IMG/VR virus record: IMGVR_UViG_2822706143_000001
Length of the DNA: 64,000 nt
Origin: a virus
Direction: 5' to 3' (one strand)
Shown: positions 60,420-64,000 of the stretch, piece by piece
Position numbering within the stretch: position 1 is the stretch's first letter
How the letters are laid out: the number at the start of each line of letters is the position of its first letter
Made by a program: the position numbers and the translations under genes
Notes under the pieces: model-generated
The model's input: the letters and a program-made list of their open reading frames with translations, nothing else
Told to the model about the DNA's origin: nothing
Database searches by the model: none

Positions 60420-61157
60420 TCAATATTTTCTTGATTTAATGATAATAGAAGATGGTCTCCGTTTTTCATTTATTAATTCTGGCATTTTTTCTAATCCTGT
60501 TGGAGTTGACTCTGGCTCAATAATTTTCTCAATTACAAAACCGTTGTCTATAAGAGTATTAATTAATGTTGAAATTGTTCTGTGATATTTAACAACACCA
60601 TCTATCCACCAATGTTCCTCTCTTTTTCCTTCTTCTTGATAATTATCTAATGCCCAATGCAATCTGTTTCCATTATTATCCTTAAACCAATTATTCATTT
60701 CCTTTCGAGCTGTTACTATTGGATGTTCTGTTGAAAAGATAAATTCACCATCATTTTTTAACAGATCTCTTATTTTCTTAATTAGATGTGAGTAATCTTC
60801 TATGTAATGTATAACTAAAGAACTTGTTATTAAGTCGAATTTTTGATTTGGCAAATTAAGTTCTTCTATTGGTACACACATATAATCTATTTTTTCGTTT
60901 TTGTTATACATTTCAGCTTGTTCAATCATATTTCTTGAGATGTCCACTCCTATAACTTTCGAGGCACCATTTTCTACACAGTACATAGAAAAATGACCAG
61001 TTCCACATCCCAAATCTAATACAGACTTATCTGTAAGATTAGCAATTATAGATTTAATTGCTGGCTGTTCAACAAAATCATTAAAGGTAAATCCATTTTC
61101 ACGTAATGACTTATAATTTTTAAAGAAAAACGGATTATCATAAATGTTTTGTTTCAT
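60420..61157 (-). CDS. Class I SAM-dependent methyltransferase
   Basis: VLDLGCGTG, GVDIS, FDLITSSLVIHY; GGAGG RBS before MKQNIYD. Confidence 0.9.
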   Translation of the reverse strand: MKQNIYDNPFFFKNYKSLRENGFTFNDFVEQPAIKSIIANLTDKSVLDLGCGTGHFSMYCVENGASKVIGVDISRNMIEQAEMYNKNEKIDYMCVPIEELNLPNQKFDLITSSLVIHYIEDYSHLIKKIRDLLKNDGEFIFSTEHPIVTARKEMNNWFKDNNGNRLHWALDNYQEEGKREEHWWIDGVVKYHRTISTLINTLIDNGFVIEKIIEPESTPTGLEKMPELINEKRRPSSIIIKSRKY

Positions 61158-61292
61158 TATATACCTCCTATAATACAATCTATATTTTTTATATTCTAGG
61201 GGGCATCCAAAAATTCCTATATTAACCAAAATACACTTCAACTAACCTGCCATTTAGTTGAATAAGGAACAGTGTATATCCTATACATGTTA

Positions 61293-61321
61293 GGTTGACA
61301 TAACGTCTCATTATCGGAAGT
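61293..61321 (-). other. dif-like site D (7-bp spacer)
   Basis: ACTTCCGATAA-TGAGACG-TTATGTCAACC. Confidence 0.6.
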
Positions 61322-61330
61322 GAAATGTGC

Positions 61331-61876
61331 TTATACATCCAGGCTGTTGATGATAGCTAATATTTGATGATCTGTCCATTTGCCATTAATCTTTACATTT
61401 TCTTTAGCTATACCTTCTTTTTTAAATCCTACTTTTTCTAATACACGAATAGATGCTATATTGCTAGGCATAGCTCCTGCTTCAATTCTATGTAGTTTTA
61501 ATTCTCTAAATGCAAAGTCTACAACAAGTCGAAGAGCCTCTGTTGTATAGCCCCTTGAATTATGCTCCCTATCTAAGGTAAATCCCGTATAACAGCTTTG
61601 GGCGGGATCCCTAGCAATTTGAGTTAATGAAATGTCTCCGATAAGTTTATCAGTTGCTTTTAAAAAGATTCCAAAAGCGTAAACTTGATCTTCAGCTTTC
61701 TTTTTTAATGCTCGTTCAATGCGCATTTTTTGATGTTCTTCTGTATAAAAGACTTCTGGGAGTAATGGACAAACTCGTTGAAAAAATTCGCGATTTCTAG
61801 TGTGTAAGTTAGCTAACTCGCTCGCGTCAGAAATTTTGTAAAGTCGAAGATATATTTGCTGTCCTACGATTTTCAT
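61331..61876 (-). CDS. RimJ/RimL-type GNAT acetyltransferase
   Basis: RGYTTEAL...F..L.LHRIEA...N.AS.RVLEKVGF..EG. Confidence 0.9.
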   Translation of the reverse strand: MKIVGQQIYLRLYKISDASELANLHTRNREFFQRVCPLLPEVFYTEEHQKMRIERALKKKAEDQVYAFGIFLKATDKLIGDISLTQIARDPAQSCYTGFTLDREHNSRGYTTEALRLVVDFAFRELKLHRIEAGAMPSNIASIRVLEKVGFKKEGIAKENVKINGKWTDHQILAIINSLDV

Positions 61877-61957
61877 AAAAAACCTCCGATATCCTTTTAA
61901 TACAATTTTATTCTCGTCAAATCTTATAAATTCCTTTTTTATATTATATTCATGTTA

Positions 61958-61986
61958 AGCTAACATGACGTCTCATTATCGATAAC
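61958..61986 (-). other. Degenerate dif-like site E (same spacer as D)
   Basis: GTTATCGATAA-TGAGACG-TCATGTTAGCT; 14-bp identity ACGTCTCATTATCG with site D. Confidence 0.5.
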
Positions 61987-62199
61987 AAGGAAAGGTGGGC
62001 CCATCCTCTGACAAAGGAATTTCCTTTTTTTGTTCTACAGATTTATGCATTATTTTATACATTCCTATCCTGACGCAGGTTTTCGGGTTCTCTTTTGTTA
62101 CTGAATTATCCAAAAACTGTATAAATTTTTGTATGCTCTTAGCATGGGGGTTTTCAAAAACGGTGACGGTACCCCTAGATTTAAAAAGAAAAAAGCAAT

Positions 62200-62746
62200 G
62201 ATTCGATTTCAAACCTAGTCATTGCTTTATCTATTGCATCTTGATTTACACCTATATAACGTAACATGACCTTCTCTGAAGAGTGACTGAATATCTCCAT
62301 GATTAATGTGCTATGTTTTTCGTTTGCATGTACATATGGTACCCGTACGTCTTTCTTAGCGTATGCGTTCTATTTCATCTAAACTAAACTCTGCTGCGGC
62401 TATACTTAATATCTTATATTCCATACTACGACCGATAGGACGATTCTTTCATTGTCTACTTTGTAATAGGTATTCATGATCTTCTCTTTCTTCTATAAAC
62501 CATTTCAGTTCTCTTTTTAATGCTGCAGTATTTTGAATACGTTTTTGTTTTCCTGTTTTCTTTTCCCTCATAGAGATATGACTCGTTTTTACATCTTCTA
62601 CCTTCAATTTTAAAATGTCAGAGATTCTCAAGCCTGTATTGATTCCCATAATGAATAAAATTTAATTTCGTGCACACTTCTCCTTAAAATACTCTTTTAG
62701 CTGCTGTATTTCTTCTGGATCACGTATCTGCTGAACAAAATTCATT
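62200..62746 (-). pseudogene. Small tyrosine recombinase pseudogene
   Basis: Homolog of 38215-38757 with frameshifts and stops. Confidence 0.9.
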
Positions 62747-63059
62747 ATTCATTACCTCCAGTTTCTTCAGTCTCATATACTTCTAATCTAAGAGCAACAG
62801 CTAATTTATAAAAAGCACTAGATCTATTTCGTCTATACGTACGCTCACTCATACCAACATTTGCTAAAGCAATATCTTCTGCTGGCTTCCCTACCATATT
62901 TGTTGGACCATGATATCTTACCTCGCTAGATGCTGTAACCTTCATCTCATTTCTAATCATCCCAAATTGTCTATAAATACGAACATTTTCAAGAATCTCT
63001 TCTAAACGAACCTGCGTTGCTTTGCGATCAATTTTAGGTAAGAAAGTTAATTGCGCCAT
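62745..63059 (-). pseudogene. arpU-like pseudogene with internal deletion
   Basis: Aligns to 38757-39239 but lacks about 56 central residues (ANV|GMSER). Confidence 0.85.
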
Positions 63060-63490
63060 ATATAAAAACACCCCTTATACATTTTGTTAATAAAAAAGCG
63101 GAAACCAAACTATAGAGCAATATTACTAATGCTCTTATAGTTCGATGTCCGCTGATTCTGCCAGTAGGACTATATTTATAGATATTGTTATATCATTTTC
63201 TCATATTTTAGTGATTTTCTTATTAGAAAAAGATTATTTTGTAACAAATTTATAAAATCCATCTTCATTGAGCACTTTATATCTAAAAGGAGTAATTATG
63301 AAAATTTTGGAATACATATTACTTAGATTGGTTGGATTGCATTATTCAGAACATGGTGGGCTATATTCTTTCATTGAGTGTTTTTAAATCTCAACATCCA
63401 TTATAATTTTTAAAGAAAACTTTTTAGATCAAGTAGCATATCATACTAGACAAGGATATATTCCACAAAATTTTGAAAGGAGGACTCTTT

Positions 63491-64000
63491 ATGAATACAA
63501 CTTTAATTTCTCATTTTTATAACGAAGAGTATCTGCTTCCGTGGTGGTTAATGCACCATACAAAATTATTTGATCATGGTATTCTTATTAATCGTGGGTC
63601 TACTGATCGTTCGGTTGAAATATGCAAATTATTTGCACCTCATTGGGAAATCCGTGATTCAAAAGTATTAGAGTTTGATGCCGTATTAGTTGATCAAGAA
63701 GTAATGAACATAGAAAAAGAAATTACGGGCTGGAAAATGGTGTTAAATACCACTGAATTTCTTTGCTGTTCTAATAAAGAAGAGTTTTTTTCATCACTTA
63801 CTAAATTAAAAAGAAAGATGTATTCCATTAGAACTATTTTAATGGTAGATGACCCTATGCATGCCTACACTAAACCGAGATATGGAATTCCACTTGTCAA
63901 ACAACGTTTTCATGGAATAGTAATTCAGCCTAGTCCTCTTACCATTTATAACGGCGGTAGATTAATTCATAATTATTCGCATGGTAACTATTCAGTAGGA
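63491..64000 (+). CDS. Glycosyltransferase family 2-like protein (runs off the window)
   Basis: GGAGG RBS; MNTTLISHFYNEEYLLPWWLMHH..LFDHGILINRGSTDRS. Confidence 0.75.
   Translation, partial: MNTTLISHFYNEEYLLPWWLMHHTKLFDHGILINRGSTDRSVEICKLFAPHWEIRDSKVLEFDAVLVDQEVMNIEKEITGWKMVLNTTEFLCCSNKEEFFSSLTKLKRKMYSIRTILMVDDPMHAYTKPRYGIPLVKQRFHGIVIQPSPLTIYNGGRLIHNYSHGNYSVG

Larger units (their letters stand above)
58500..63180 (-). mobile_element. Second, decayed prophage late-control remnant
   Basis: Homologous blocks to 34180-34555, 36635-36851 and 38175-39240; recombinase and arpU pseudogenized. Confidence 0.85.

Noticed and set aside
61238-61262. TTCAACTAA-N8-TTAGTTGAA inverted repeat between the methyltransferase and GNAT genes
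   Set aside because: Single copy in this window; insufficient to distinguish a cassette site from an ordinary hairpin.
9914-63071. Many short opposite-strand ORFs in the track overlapping phage or host genes (e.g. 9914-10528, 13822-14382, 19595-19900, 22766-23263, 45144-45620)
   Set aside because: Fully antisense to well-supported genes, with no recognisable motifs.

Overview
Bacillus cereus-group DNA dominated by a ~48.5 kb siphovirus-type prophage (about 4.7-53.3 kb, mostly minus strand). Its modules run lysis, tail, head (PBSX/skin-like portal, protease and capsid), terminase, late-control/moron region, early region, immunity and integrase, and it is inserted just downstream of spoVS. To the left are cotA, an exosporium-targeted collagen-like gene, and IS6 and Tn554-tnpC remnants. 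To the right are chromosomal genes (spoVS, lipase, arylamine N-acetyltransferase, exsG-like), a second, decayed prophage late-control remnant (about 58.5-63.2 kb) and the start of a glycosyltransferase. Features not shown by the ORF track: (1) a complete 225-nt group I intron splitting the tape-measure gene; (2) dif-like XerC/XerD-type sites bracketing cargo genes next to a catalytic-domain-only tyrosine recombinase, in both the prophage and the remnant; (3) a 40.3-45.6 kb array of single-unit cassettes delimited by a recurring 15-bp motif, many of them non-coding sigma-K-promoter/short RNA/terminator units; (4) a prophage-borne endospore-appendage (Ena-like) gene pair plus a BclA-like collagen gene sharing an N-terminal Cys motif; (5) slippery-site frameshifts (tail chaperone; portal to minor head protein) and conserved RNA-like structures around arpU. 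All family assignments come from motif recognition by eye; no database searches were run.
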